In this document: piece by piece, positions 8,248 through 18,422 of the stretch | How positions within the stretch are numbered: the stretch's first letter is position 1 | Layout of the letters: each line of letters begins with the position of its first letter | Source: Candidatus Wolfebacteria bacterium RIFOXYD12_FULL_48_21 | GTDB lineage: Bacteria > Patescibacteriota > Minisyncoccia > UBA6257 > UBA9933 | Direction: 5' to 3' | Length of the DNA stretch: 64,000 nucleotides | Assembly: GCA_001793945.1 (NCBI GenBank) | Contig: MGIW01000004.1 | Location: forward strand, 26,843-90,842 | The notes under the pieces: model-generated | Database searches by the model: none | The model's input: the letters and a program-made list of their open reading frames with translations, nothing else | Told to the model about the DNA's origin: nothing | Made by a program: the position numbers and the translations under genes

Positions 8248-9762
8248 ATGACAACTAAAAAACCCACCGAGGGTTTTTACGGGCTCGGCATTGCGCCGAA
8301 ATTGCTCGAGATCCTCGACAAGAAAAAATTCACCACACCGACCCCCATTCAGCATGAGGCTATTCCGGTCGCCATCAGCGGCAAGGATATGATCGGCATT
8401 GCGCAAACGGGAACGGGCAAAACGCTTGCATTCGGTATTCCGATGATCCAGCGTCTTGCAAGCGGCAACAGCCAGGGCGTCATTTTGGTCCCTACGCGCG
8501 AACTTGCATTGCAGGTTGACGAACAGATACAGGCCATCGGCCGCGATCTCGGATTGTATACCGCAGTTCTGATCGGTGGAGCATCCATCGAAGTGCAGAA
8601 AAAAATGCTGCGCAGAAACCCGCACATTATCGTAGCAACGCCGGGTCGGTTTCTTGACCACATGAACCAGCGCACGCTCCGATTGGAAGGTGTGAACATG
8701 TTGGTACTCGACGAGGCGGATCGCATGCTCGACATGGGATTTGCGCCGCAGATCAACAAGATATTTGAGGCATTGCCGAAGGTGCGACAGACGCTGTTGT
8801 TTTCCGCGACCATGCCGGCAGATATCGTAAAGATAGCACAAAAACACATGGAGCTGCCGGTGCGCGTTGAAATGGCGCGTTCGGGTACTACGGCGGAAAA
8901 TGTCATTCAGGAAATGTTTATCGTTCGCAAGGACGATAAGGATCGTTTGCTGGAATCTTTGCTCGGAACCTATCAGGGAACGGTGTTGGTATTTTCGCGC
9001 ACGCGCCATGGCGCAACGAAGATCTGTCGCGCGATCAAGCGCATGGGGCATACTTCGGCCGAGATACACTCGAACCGATCGCTGTCTCAGCGAAAGGAGG
9101 CCTTGCTTGGCTTTAAGATAGGCAAATATCGCACATTGGTTGCAACCGATATCGCCGCACGCGGCATTGATGTAACGGGAATTGAATTGGTCATCAACTA
9201 CGATCTTCCGGATAGTCCGGAAGATTATGTGCACCGCATCGGTCGCACGGGCCGCGCAGGCGCAAAGGGCCGCGCGATCTCGTTTGCGGCACCAGATCAG
9301 CGGTTCAAGGTGCGCATCATCGAGCGATTGGTTCAGTCACAGATACCTTCCTTGCAGCTTCCGGAATTGCCGCCGCATCGCGAGCCCGCATTTCGTGAAG
9401 AGGAAGAAGATAGCCGGGAATCCCGTGGTGGCCGCTTTGGCGGACAGCGGGGAGGCGCGCGTCGTCCGTTTGGGCGCAGCAGTGAGCGAAGCGAAGGCTT
9501 CGCACCGCGAAAGCCAATGTTTGAAACGCGAGCCCCACATGCAGGCACAGCGCCCGCACGAAGGCCCGCGGCAACACCGTCCGCTTCTGCCGCAATGGGA
9601 GAACGATCACCGCGTGAGCGTGTGATCGCATCCGGCAACCGTGAAGATCGACGCAAGTCGGTCCAGCGTGGTCCGGCCAAAAAAAGCGATCGGGGAGGTT
9701 CGTCTCATGGGCGAATGTTCGGGAAGAAGCCGCGCAAGAGCGCAGGTAAATCTGAACGATAA
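8248..9762 (+). CDS. DEAD-box ATP-dependent RNA helicase with basic C-terminal tail
   Basis: Q motif, AQTGTGKT, PTRELA, TPGR, DEAD, SAT, ARGID, HRIGRTGRAG. Confidence 0.96.
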   Translation: MTTKKPTEGFYGLGIAPKLLEILDKKKFTTPTPIQHEAIPVAISGKDMIGIAQTGTGKTLAFGIPMIQRLASGNSQGVILVPTRELALQVDEQIQAIGRDLGLYTAVLIGGASIEVQKKMLRRNPHIIVATPGRFLDHMNQRTLRLEGVNMLVLDEADRMLDMGFAPQINKIFEALPKVRQTLLFSATMPADIVKIAQKHMELPVRVEMARSGTTAENVIQEMFIVRKDDKDRLLESLLGTYQGTVLVFSRTRHGATKICRAIKRMGHTSAEIHSNRSLSQRKEALLGFKIGKYRTLVATDIAARGIDVTGIELVINYDLPDSPEDYVHRIGRTGRAGAKGRAISFAAPDQRFKVRIIERLVQSQIPSLQLPELPPHREPAFREEEEDSRESRGGRFGGQRGGARRPFGRSSERSEGFAPRKPMFETRAPHAGTAPARRPAATPSASAAMGERSPRERVIASGNREDRRKSVQRGPAKKSDRGGSSHGRMFGKKPRKSAGKSER

Positions 9763-9846
9763 GAATTATCAAAATAATTTTTGGAATCGGGTCGCTCGTG
9801 TGATATGCAAATGCAATTTGCATATCACCACTTCGCTGCCGACTCT

Positions 9847-9881
9847 AAAAAAACGGAACGCATAAAGCGTTCCGTTTTTTT
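9847..9881. terminator. Intrinsic terminator
   Basis: AAAAAAACGGAACGC-ATAAA-GCGTTCCGTTTTTTT. Confidence 0.8.
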
Positions 9882-10142
9882 GTGTGGTGCGTGCCGATTG
9901 GGTCGAGGACAGGCCCTTACCCGCGGGAATGACAGGAAAAGGAGTGCGTATGCAAAACACCTCCGAAGAGGTGTTCTACATACGCAGCAGCTCGAAACCT
10001 TTTACTAATCTTACGACTGGCAAACTGCTGTTCGCTGCTGCGTATAAATATATTCGCATAGGGCAAAACGAAAGTCAATAGGTTGTATAGAGGTATGGAT
10101 ATGTGGAAGGGAGCGATTGGAAATATGCTACAATAGAGGCAT

Positions 10143-10781
10143 ATGAAAACGATCAAGGGGACAATTGCATGGATCGTGATCGGGCTCACATGGGTAACTG
10201 CAATCGTATTGTACGACGGGATGCCGGCCCGCATGGCAACGCATTGGAATGCGGCCGGCGTTGCGGATGGATATGCGGGAAAGGCATTTGCGTTGTTTCT
10301 GATTCCCGCGATCATGCTGCTTGTGCAGGGGTTGTTCGTGTTGATCCCGAAAATCGATCCGTTGCGGAAAAATATCGAAGCATTCAGGGAGCAATTCGAA
10401 GGGTTTGCATTACTGCTATCCGTATTTATGGCCTATTTGTTTGTGTTGATCATGCTATGGAGCAAAGGAGCCTTGTTTTCGATGACTGTTGCGCTTATGC
10501 CTGCATTTGCCAGTATGTTCTACGGCATGGGCTCATTGCTTAAAGGGATCAAACGCAATTGGTTTGTTGGAATCCGTACGCCGTGGACGATGAGTAGTGA
10601 TGTGGTATGGGACAAGACACATGCGTTGGGGAGTAGATTGTTCAAGGTATCGGGGGTGGTCATATTGGCAGGGGTGGTGCTCCCGCAATATGCAGTGTGG
10701 TTCATGGTAGGACCGATACTCGCAAGCACGCTGATTTCAGTGGTCTATTCATACAGAGTATTTAAAAAAGAAAACAAATAA
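10143..10781 (+). CDS. SdpI-family / DUF1648 membrane immunity-like protein
   Basis: MPARMATHWNAAGVADGY, PKIDP, NWFVGIRTPWT..VWDKTH. Confidence 0.9.
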   Translation: MKTIKGTIAWIVIGLTWVTAIVLYDGMPARMATHWNAAGVADGYAGKAFALFLIPAIMLLVQGLFVLIPKIDPLRKNIEAFREQFEGFALLLSVFMAYLFVLIMLWSKGALFSMTVALMPAFASMFYGMGSLLKGIKRNWFVGIRTPWTMSSDVVWDKTHALGSRLFKVSGVVILAGVVLPQYAVWFMVGPILASTLISVVYSYRVFKKENK

Positions 10782-10799
10782 CACCGGCCTTGGCCGGTG

Positions 10800-11363
10800 T
10801 TATTTGTTTCGAATGCTGAATATGCATCCGCAATAATTTTGATGATAAAAGCCGTGCTCTTTTGCAAGCGCGCGCGTCTTTGCCCATATGTCTTTTTTGG
10901 GTTCGCCAAAGTCGGCCATGGTAAGAAAGGTAAGTCCGAGCTTGTTTGCGATATCCGTACCGATGGCCCCGATGATATCCTCGTTTTTATACGGACTCGC
11001 GGCTAGCGTGGTGGTGAAATGCGTTGCGCCTTTTGCAAGCGCAAGCTCGCCGGTTTTTGCAAGACGCAAGCGGAAACAAAGCGGACATCGTTTTCCACCC
11101 TCGGGTTCGCCCTCAAAACCTGCGATCGCCTTATGCCAGTTTTGCGTATCGTAGTCGCCTTCGATGAACTCCGAGCCATAGAGGGACGCAAGCTTGATTA
11201 CCGAATCCCTGCGGCGTTCATATTCTTCCTGCGGATGAATATTGGGATTGTAGTAATAATAAATGATCGTAAACCGGTCTTTGAGCAGTTCGGAAAGATA
11301 AGCGCCACAAATGGCGCAACAGATATGAAGGACTAGTGTTGGTTTGGATATGCCGTTATTCAT
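10800..11363 (-). CDS. queH: Epoxyqueuosine reductase QueH (DUF208)
   Basis: LHICCAIC, YNPNIHPQEEY, EPEGGKRCPLCF, FTTTL..SPYK, QNYCGCIFS. Confidence 0.93.
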   Translation of the reverse strand: MNNGISKPTLVLHICCAICGAYLSELLKDRFTIIYYYYNPNIHPQEEYERRRDSVIKLASLYGSEFIEGDYDTQNWHKAIAGFEGEPEGGKRCPLCFRLRLAKTGELALAKGATHFTTTLAASPYKNEDIIGAIGTDIANKLGLTFLTMADFGEPKKDIWAKTRALAKEHGFYHQNYCGCIFSIRNK

Positions 11364-11459
11364 TGCAAAAAGGGTACGGGATTATGCCAAGTCTGTCAAA
11401 ATCGGGCCTACCCCTATACCAACTTGCGAAGCATTTTGGTGTGGGGGTATACTGTAGTT

Positions 11460-12047
11460 ATGATAGATGTGTATTCGAAATTCGACGATCTTGCGGCGCG
11501 CATGGTTGAGGGAAAGGATTACCGGATCGTGGCGCACAAAAGAAACAGCCCGTATCTGATCATGGCGATACATGGAGGGCTCATAGAGCCGTTCACATCC
11601 GATATCGCAACCGCTCTTGCGGGCGAGGAATATGACCTCTATGTCTTTGAAGGCACACGAAAGGAAAGAAATGGAGAATTGCATATCGCAAGCGAATATT
11701 TCGATGAGCCGCAGGCAAAAGATATGGTTCGGGTTGCCGAAACGGTGGTTTGCATTCATGGGCACCACGATACGGAACATGAGTTTGTGATGGTGGGCGG
11801 GTTGGATGAAAGACTTGCGGAGAAGATGCGGACACGCTTATCCGAGATCGACATAGCAATGCAGTCGTTTGACGGACGACTTGCCCCGGAAAGTCCGAAT
11901 AACATTTGCAATCAGGGCATGTCGGGCGGGGGCATTGAAATAATGATCAGTAGGAAATTAAGGGATGCGCTCCGTGAAGACGCGGGGTTATATAGATTAT
12001 TCATCAACGCGATGAAGCATGCGATCGCGGCACATAAAAACGACTAA
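11460..12047 (+). CDS. Poly-gamma-glutamate hydrolase family protein (DUF867)
   Basis: AIHGGLIEP, LHIASEYFDEP, CIHG, NICN. Confidence 0.85.
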   Translation: MIDVYSKFDDLAARMVEGKDYRIVAHKRNSPYLIMAIHGGLIEPFTSDIATALAGEEYDLYVFEGTRKERNGELHIASEYFDEPQAKDMVRVAETVVCIHGHHDTEHEFVMVGGLDERLAEKMRTRLSEIDIAMQSFDGRLAPESPNNICNQGMSGGGIEIMISRKLRDALREDAGLYRLFINAMKHAIAAHKND

Positions 12048-12051
12048 AGAT

Positions 12052-12513
12052 ATGAAGATACAATGGAACAAGGTCACATGGTATTCGACGGTTGCGGCAG
12101 TGCTGTTGGGTATCGGCATTTTCGCGCTGGGTGTGTACATTGGCGCGCTCTATGAACGCGGACGCGCTGCAATGGAAATAGTGGAAGGGCTGAAGATCGA
12201 CCGAAAGTCCATTGTGGAGCGGACAACAGAGGATGTCGCGCCGACCGCTTTGTTTATGCAAGAGGGAAATATAAAGAACATGGCGACGGGTGAAATTGAG
12301 GAAGATGATTGGGTATTGATATACGATCAGCCGGGCGCTCCGGCATTGACGAGAAAGCTCATATTCACGACGGAAAGTAGATGTGTGGTCGAGAAGGGGA
12401 TCCCATTGTTCTGCAATACGGCCAATTTTGAACAGGGGGAGCGCGTATTGGTAATGGGTGTTCCCAATGAAGACGGAAGCATTGTCGTCGAACGGTTGGA
12501 ATCGGTGCACTAA
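12052..12513 (+). CDS. Hypothetical single-TM exported protein
   Basis: N-terminal hydrophobic anchor, beta-rich C-terminus with a Cys pair; starts 4 nt after the previous stop. Confidence 0.7.
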   Translation: MKIQWNKVTWYSTVAAVLLGIGIFALGVYIGALYERGRAAMEIVEGLKIDRKSIVERTTEDVAPTALFMQEGNIKNMATGEIEEDDWVLIYDQPGAPALTRKLIFTTESRCVVEKGIPLFCNTANFEQGERVLVMGVPNEDGSIVVERLESVH

Positions 12514-12618
12514 GGAGTAGTAGGGGAAATATTGTTGGTTACAAGTGGTGTTGTCAAATTATATGGATTATGCTATTATATGGCCATAAGTACGGCACAG
12601 GCCGATTTTTTTAACACC

Positions 12619-14073
12619 ATGGCACACGGAAACATCATCATCAGATTCAACGAAGTATCATTTGGATACCAGCACAACCGCCCTCTTTTGGAAGAGGCGG
12701 ATTGTTCGGTGCGCGAGGGGGCAAAGGTGACCATCATGGGGCAGAATGGCGCAGGGAAAAGCACATTGTTCAAACTGTTGTTAGGGGAGCTGGAGCCGAC
12801 CGAAGGATCTATTGCCATAGAAAAAGATGCATCGATCGCCATTGCGCGGCAGGTGCTTTCACGCGAACAGCTTGAGCTGACCGTGAAGGATTTTTTTGAG
12901 AGCATGTTTGATCGTAAGGTGTATGATATTGATCCGAAGATCGCGGAGGTATTGGAAGTGGTCAATTTGCATGCGCCGCTCGATCGGCAAATGAAGACAT
13001 TTTCCGGCGGGCAGCAGGCGCGCTTGCTGTTGGCGTCGGCGTTGATACAAGAGCCGGATATTCTGTTACTCGACGAACCGACGAACAATTTGGACAAGGC
13101 GGGTATCGCCCATTTGACGGCGTATCTGAAGGCATACGACAAGACCTGTTTGGTCATTTCCCATGACGCAGAGTTTTTAAATGCGTTCACGCACGGAGTT
13201 TTGTATTTGGATGTATTCACGCGAAAGATCGAACAATATACTGGCGATTATTTTAAGGTAGTGGAAGAGATCAAGCGTCGCCTTGAGCGCGAGCGCAGTC
13301 AGAACGCGCGTTTGGAAAAAGATATTTCAAACCGCAAAGAGCAGGCGAACTTTTTTGCGCAAAAGGGCGGCAAGTTGCGCAATGTTGCGGCGACCATGCG
13401 TGAAAAAATAGAGGAGCTTGAGGAGGACAAGGTTGATATACGGCGCGAAGACAAGACGATTCCGGCATTTACTATTGGTAATCAGGATATATCCCATCCC
13501 GCGGTCCGGTTCGAGTCGGTATTTATCGTCAAGGACCATAAGCGCATAGGAAAGAAATTTGAGCTGATTCTGCGCAAGAAGATGCACCTGCTTATTACGG
13601 GGCCGAACGGTATCGGTAAAAGCACATTACTCGAAGCATTGTACAATGGAACGGAAAAAGGAATGAAGATCGAAAACGGAACGATCATCGGTTATTATAG
13701 GCAGGATTTTTCCACGCTCGATTTTGATGCAAGTGCGTACGATGTATTGAAGGAAGTTGCGCTTGACGCGACCGATCAAGACATCCGCGGCGCTGCGGCA
13801 CGATTTTTGATCACCGGTGATCTGCTTGCCGCAAAAGTGAGCAGCTTGTCCGAAGGGCAAAAGGGGTTGCTGTCGTTCGCACGATTTACCTTGCAAAAAC
13901 CGGGCCTGTTGATTCTCGACGAGCCGACCAACCACATCAACTTCCGTCACTTGCCGGTCATTGCAAAGGCGCTGGACAAGTACGAAGGTGCCATGATACT
14001 GGTAAGTCACATGCCGGAATTCGTAAAACAGATCCGCATCGACGAAGAGTTGGACCTCGGAAAAATCGGGTAA
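12619..14073 (+). CDS. ABC-F family ATPase (ribosome-associated)
   Basis: Two ABC cassettes (GQNGAGKS, SGGQ, LLLDEPTN; GPNGIGKS, LILDEPTN), no TM helices. Confidence 0.92.
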   Translation: MAHGNIIIRFNEVSFGYQHNRPLLEEADCSVREGAKVTIMGQNGAGKSTLFKLLLGELEPTEGSIAIEKDASIAIARQVLSREQLELTVKDFFESMFDRKVYDIDPKIAEVLEVVNLHAPLDRQMKTFSGGQQARLLLASALIQEPDILLLDEPTNNLDKAGIAHLTAYLKAYDKTCLVISHDAEFLNAFTHGVLYLDVFTRKIEQYTGDYFKVVEEIKRRLERERSQNARLEKDISNRKEQANFFAQKGGKLRNVAATMREKIEELEEDKVDIRREDKTIPAFTIGNQDISHPAVRFESVFIVKDHKRIGKKFELILRKKMHLLITGPNGIGKSTLLEALYNGTEKGMKIENGTIIGYYRQDFSTLDFDASAYDVLKEVALDATDQDIRGAAARFLITGDLLAAKVSSLSEGQKGLLSFARFTLQKPGLLILDEPTNHINFRHLPVIAKALDKYEGAMILVSHMPEFVKQIRIDEELDLGKIG

Positions 14074-14138
14074 GAGTGGAACAATAAGACGGGGGGGTGT
14101 ATAATAAGGGCATATTCATTAATGCTCTTATTTTTTAC

Positions 14139-15296
14139 ATGAAGCACATACAACGGATTGCTGTTATTGCATTTGCGGTTTCGGTGGTATTGCTCCCGGC
14201 GGTATCGAATGCCGCGGAGCTTAAGGCAATGCGGGATTACACATTGCAAAAAGGTACGGTGGAGCAGGGCGATCTGTATATCGCCGCACAAACCAATGTG
14301 ATCGCCGGTGAAGTAAGTGGCGACCTCGCCATTATAGGCGGGAATGTTTTGATCACCGGCAATGTGGAGCAGGACCTGATCGCGGCGGGAGGCACGGTGG
14401 ACATATTGGGTAGTATCGGCGATGATCTTCGCGCAGTAGGTGGCACAGTCACAATCGGACAACATGTCGGTGGTGATGTGGTGGCTGCTGGCGGCATGAT
14501 CCACATTATTTCCGGAGCAAAGATAGACGGAGATGTTCTGGTTGCCGCAGGCCAGGTAATCATCGATGGTGAAGTTATGGGGACGGTAAAAATATCCGGA
14601 GGAGAGGTGGTGATTAATGGGGCTGTGGGTAAGAGTGTGGTCGTCCGCGCGAGCGAACGCGTTTCAATCGGTGCAGGGGCAACGATCGGTGGCGACCTTG
14701 CGTATCGGTCGGCCAACGCGGTAATATTGGCAGAAGGTGCGACGATCGCCGGCGAAACGAAATTCGAAAAAATAGAACGCCCAACGCGCGTCGATAAGCG
14801 TGCAAGCGCGGCTATGGCCGGATTGCTCGGCGTTATGGCATTGCTCCGATTGGCAGCAATGATCATTACGGCGGTGCTCGCGGTCGTATTGTTCCGCAAG
14901 GCGACTCAATCGTTGACCAAATCGTCGATCGATCACTTTGGCAGGGAATTGATTCGTGGATTCGTAGTGTTGGTTGTGATTCCATTTGCTATTCTATTCG
15001 CACTCATAAGTATCATCGGCTTGGGCTTAGGCATCGCGGGTATTCTTGCGTATGCGTTGTTGTTCATGATCGCAAAGGTGCTTGCAAGCATTCTGTTCGG
15101 TACGGTCGTACTGAAACTGATAAAGAAAAAGAAGGACTACGAGGTTACATGGCAAAGCGCTGTGGTTGGTGTGATCGCATTATCTATCGTTTCCTTGGTA
15201 CCGATATTTGGTTGGATAGTTGCTTGCTTGGCCTTCCTTGTATCGATGGGAAGCATATCGATGCTGTTGTATCAAAAGGCATGGGTTAAAAGATAA
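14139..15296 (+). CDS. Bactofilin-like beta-helix repeat membrane protein
   Basis: Signal peptide, repeated GDL..AGG.V.I.G.V units, several C-terminal TM helices. Confidence 0.85.
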   Translation: MKHIQRIAVIAFAVSVVLLPAVSNAAELKAMRDYTLQKGTVEQGDLYIAAQTNVIAGEVSGDLAIIGGNVLITGNVEQDLIAAGGTVDILGSIGDDLRAVGGTVTIGQHVGGDVVAAGGMIHIISGAKIDGDVLVAAGQVIIDGEVMGTVKISGGEVVINGAVGKSVVVRASERVSIGAGATIGGDLAYRSANAVILAEGATIAGETKFEKIERPTRVDKRASAAMAGLLGVMALLRLAAMIITAVLAVVLFRKATQSLTKSSIDHFGRELIRGFVVLVVIPFAILFALISIIGLGLGIAGILAYALLFMIAKVLASILFGTVVLKLIKKKKDYEVTWQSAVVGVIALSIVSLVPIFGWIVACLAFLVSMGSISMLLYQKAWVKR

Positions 15297-15304
15297 ATGA
15301 GAGC

Positions 15305-15462
15305 TGTCATCCCGGACTTGACCCTCGGCGTTATTAGTGTTCCGTCAGCCGACGGAGAATGTGCAACGTGCCGGGATACTCGAAGTGCATAAGGTTTCCA
15401 CACCGGGATCTCGTTGCAAAATACGAGATTCTGAATCCGCCGGCTGGCGGATCAGAATGACA
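15305..15462. repeat. TGTC-type palindromic (REP-like) repeat with internal insertions
   Basis: TGTCATCCCGG...CCGGGATCT...AGATTCTGA...TCAGAATGACA containing CCGYC-N4-GRCGG mini-hairpins. Confidence 0.8.
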
Positions 15463-15533
15463 CGAGAAAGCGCCGGCAATTCGCCGGCGCTTTTTGGTTG
15501 CCATGCACTCGCGGATACGGTACGATGCGAATT

Positions 15534-16304
15534 ATGGAGGCGATACTCAATATATATAAACCGCAGGGGTGGACCCCACTGCAGACGATTGATGCGCTTA
15601 GAAAGTTGTATCCCGCATATCAAAATGAAAAGATGACCTACGCGGGGCGATTGGACCCGATGGCGGAGGGCGTGTTGCTGGTGCTTGTTGGAGACGCGGT
15701 ACATAAAAAGGATACATATAACGGACTCGACAAAACATATGAAGCGGATGTGCTTTTTGGCGTCGGTACGGACACGCATGATCTGCTTGGCATGCCCATG
15801 ATCGTTGCAGTGGGAGATATGTCCGATGCGCATTTAAAAAAAGAAGCGCATGATCTGCTTGGTATGCATGAATATGCGCTTCCTATATATTCATCAAAAC
15901 CGGTGCAGGGTAAGCCGCTATTTCAATGGGCGCGCGAGAACAGGGTGCATGAAATAACGGTGCCGAAGCGGACGATGCATGTGTATGAGATTGACCTGCT
16001 TGATCGTAAAAAAATAATAGCCGGCGCATTACGCAAGGAGGTTGCGCAGCGTATTGGAAGGGTGGTGGGCGACTTCAGGCAGGAAGTCATAAGCCGTGAA
16101 TGGAATGATTTATTGGAAGCTGATAGCAACGCATCGTTTCATGTTGTACACATAATGGTGCGATGCGCGAGCGGAACATATATCAGAACGCTTGCACATG
16201 AGTGGGGAAAGCGATCGGGAACGGATGCGGTGCTATCGCGCCTGGTGCGGACAAGAGTGGGGAAATATGCAATCGGCGAAAGCATACAATTTGACAATAA
16301 GTGA
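15534..16304 (+). CDS. truB: tRNA pseudouridine(55) synthase TruB-like (no PUA domain)
   Basis: KPQGWT, YAGRLDPMAEGVL, TDTHD, YSSKPVQGKPL, CASGTYIRTLA, LVRTRVG. Confidence 0.88.
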   Translation: MEAILNIYKPQGWTPLQTIDALRKLYPAYQNEKMTYAGRLDPMAEGVLLVLVGDAVHKKDTYNGLDKTYEADVLFGVGTDTHDLLGMPMIVAVGDMSDAHLKKEAHDLLGMHEYALPIYSSKPVQGKPLFQWARENRVHEITVPKRTMHVYEIDLLDRKKIIAGALRKEVAQRIGRVVGDFRQEVISREWNDLLEADSNASFHVVHIMVRCASGTYIRTLAHEWGKRSGTDAVLSRLVRTRVGKYAIGESIQFDNK

Positions 16305-16366
16305 TATTTTTCACATACTTTACCCAGTAAATTAAAGGGTACATTCATTCATGAAAGGAGGATGTT

Positions 16367-16600
16367 ATGCCTCACTGCATGCTGTGTGGAAGGCCACATA
16401 TCCCGTTGTGTTTGTTGACGCCATTGCCCGAATATGATCGAAAGGGTAAAGAGATTATGACATGTACCGCATGTTACAATAAGAGGTGTATCGGGAAATG
16501 GTGCGAGAAGCACCGGTGTTACCACGAGATGATCTTGGGCGCCGATTCCTATGAGGGATGCCTGTATTGCCTCGCCGAAGAAAAGCGGGCGATGCGATGA
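16367..16600 (+). CDS. Small Cys/His-rich hypothetical protein (putative multi-zinc-finger)
   Basis: Strong SD AAAGGAGG; three CxxC plus further Cys/His; terminator at 16614-16643. Confidence 0.7.
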   Translation: MPHCMLCGRPHIPLCLLTPLPEYDRKGKEIMTCTACYNKRCIGKWCEKHRCYHEMILGADSYEGCLYCLAEEKRAMR

Positions 16601-16672
16601 AAATGGCGGCCAAGCCGCGGGTGCGTTACCTGCGGTTTTTTTTATGTCCGCGAAAGGATATAATGAACAAAT

Positions 16673-17416
16673 ATGAAGATAGTCATAAAACTTGGTAGTG
16701 CGGTATTGGTGCGGGAAAAGGACCAATCGATAGATCGAAAGACCATGTTGTCGGTGGTGCGGCAAGTGGATGAACTGATGCGCCGGGGGCACGCGGTGGT
16801 ATTGGTATCGTCGGGGGCGGTGGCAAGCTGTCCAAATACATTGTATTCAAAAAGTCTTCGCGCGGCTATTGGGCAACCGAAGTTGATGCATTTGTATGAA
16901 GATTATTTTGGCATCTTCGATCGGGAAACATGTCAGCTGTTGTATACGCATGAAGATCTGGGAGGCGGGCGCAGTGCCTATACAAAAAAAATAGTGAATG
17001 AAGCGCTCGAGCGCGGTGTTGTTCCGGTGATCAACGCGAACGACAGCGTAAACAGTGCGGAGCTCGATGCGTTAAAGGAGTATGCCGACAATGATGCGCT
17101 TGCGGCGCGGGTGGCGATGATGATCGGCGCGGACCGTGCGTATCTGTTGATCGGTGAGAAAGGATTGATGGATTACGATACCGGCGAAATCATTCGTACG
17201 GTGGATGATAGTAAAAAAGCGACAAAGCTGGTGCGCGGGAAAAGTGCCGTGGGAAGTGGAGGAATGAAAAGCAAATTGGCGGTTGCCGATACGCTTTGTA
17301 AGAAGGGGATTGGGGTTTGGTTGCTGCCCGGCAAGGAAGGGAATGCGATAATTGATTCGCTTGAGGGAAAAGTGATTGGAACCGAATGCGTGGCAAAGAT
17401 AAAAAAGAGGCCGTGA
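16673..17416 (+). CDS. proB: Glutamate 5-kinase (no PUA domain)
   Basis: IVIKLGS, VLVSSGAV, AAIGQ, VPVINAND, DNDALAA, GSGGMKSK. Confidence 0.9.
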   Translation: MKIVIKLGSAVLVREKDQSIDRKTMLSVVRQVDELMRRGHAVVLVSSGAVASCPNTLYSKSLRAAIGQPKLMHLYEDYFGIFDRETCQLLYTHEDLGGGRSAYTKKIVNEALERGVVPVINANDSVNSAELDALKEYADNDALAARVAMMIGADRAYLLIGEKGLMDYDTGEIIRTVDDSKKATKLVRGKSAVGSGGMKSKLAVADTLCKKGIGVWLLPGKEGNAIIDSLEGKVIGTECVAKIKKRP

Positions 17417-17446
17417 CTGGGGCCTCTTTTTATATGATCTGTAATA

Positions 17447-18331
17447 TCAATACGATCGCCCCGATTGCAAGAGCGGCGCAATGGGAATAATGGTAATGCG
17501 CGGATCTTTGGGGATCAGTGTTGGCGGGATCGAATCGGTGCAGTATATCCGTTCAACACCCATGTTCCAAAGTTGGGTCCATGCGGTTCCGGTAAACAAT
17601 CCATGGGTCACCATAATGGTAATGCGTTTTACGCCGAGCGCTTTGAGTTTTTTACAGCAGGCGATAAGCGTTTGCCCGGTGTCGATCATGTCGTCTACGA
17701 TGACCGCATCGGTCGTGACGGAGCCACTTGGTTGGGAAAGAGTAACGCCGGCCTTGGTATGGCGTTTTTTGAATGAAATACTACTCGTTTCCATTTCGGC
17801 AACGCGCTTAACCGCTTCGCAGCGGTCAATAGCTCCTTCATCTGGCGCAACGAGAGTCGCGCCGGTCAACGATCGTCCAATGATAATCTGTGCAAATGTT
17901 TCGGAAAGCGAAAGGGAATTGATTGGGAGCGGAATATATTCGCGATCTTCGTCGCTATGAAGGCTGAATGTGGTGATGGCGTCGATCCGAGACCGTTCAA
18001 GAAGTCCACCGACCCATGCCGTCGCAAGGCTTTCCTTGTTTACGATCTTATCGTGCCGGGCGTAGGCAAGGTAGGGAAGGAGCGCCGTAACCCTGCGCGC
18101 CCCCTGTTGCTTGAGCGTATCGGCGAGCAGGAGAAAGGATGTGAAGTTTTCATCAGGGGGAGCAATGGTTCCGAGAATGACACACTCTTGTCCGCGGACA
18201 TCGGTTCCGATGGTAATGTGCAGTTCGCCATTTGGATAGCGATTTGCTGCAAAAGCGCCTTTTTTATGATCGGGCGATTTACGAAGAGCACTTCCTATAT
18301 ATTCATAAGATGGAAAGGTAAAAAGGATCAT
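17447..18331 (-). CDS. prs: Ribose-phosphate pyrophosphokinase
   Basis: YPNGE, LPYLAYARHDK, VAPDEGA, IVDDMIDTGQT, THGLF. Confidence 0.9.
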   Translation of the reverse strand: MILFTFPSYEYIGSALRKSPDHKKGAFAANRYPNGELHITIGTDVRGQECVILGTIAPPDENFTSFLLLADTLKQQGARRVTALLPYLAYARHDKIVNKESLATAWVGGLLERSRIDAITTFSLHSDEDREYIPLPINSLSLSETFAQIIIGRSLTGATLVAPDEGAIDRCEAVKRVAEMETSSISFKKRHTKAGVTLSQPSGSVTTDAVIVDDMIDTGQTLIACCKKLKALGVKRITIMVTHGLFTGTAWTQLWNMGVERIYCTDSIPPTLIPKDPRITIIPIAPLLQSGRSY

Positions 18332-18422
18332 GGTTGTTTATAGAACACTTATAGAACGGATTGTATTGCTTTAAAAGTATGGTGCGTATTCAAAAGTAGA
18401 ACAGATAGTGAACAAATGGAAT

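Noticed and set aside
8215-9234. Long antisense ORFs (also 46293-47408, 28707-29777, 60863-61813, 57228-58043)
   Set aside because: They mirror well-supported sense genes and show no recognisable motifs.
15324-15402. tRNA-sized insert within the repeat
   Set aside because: No T-loop GTTCRA, D-arm or acceptor stem consistent with a cloverleaf.
18348-18367. Short direct repeat TTATAGAAC x2 between prs and the PRTase gene
   Set aside because: Too short and AT-rich to distinguish from chance; no further copies noticed.
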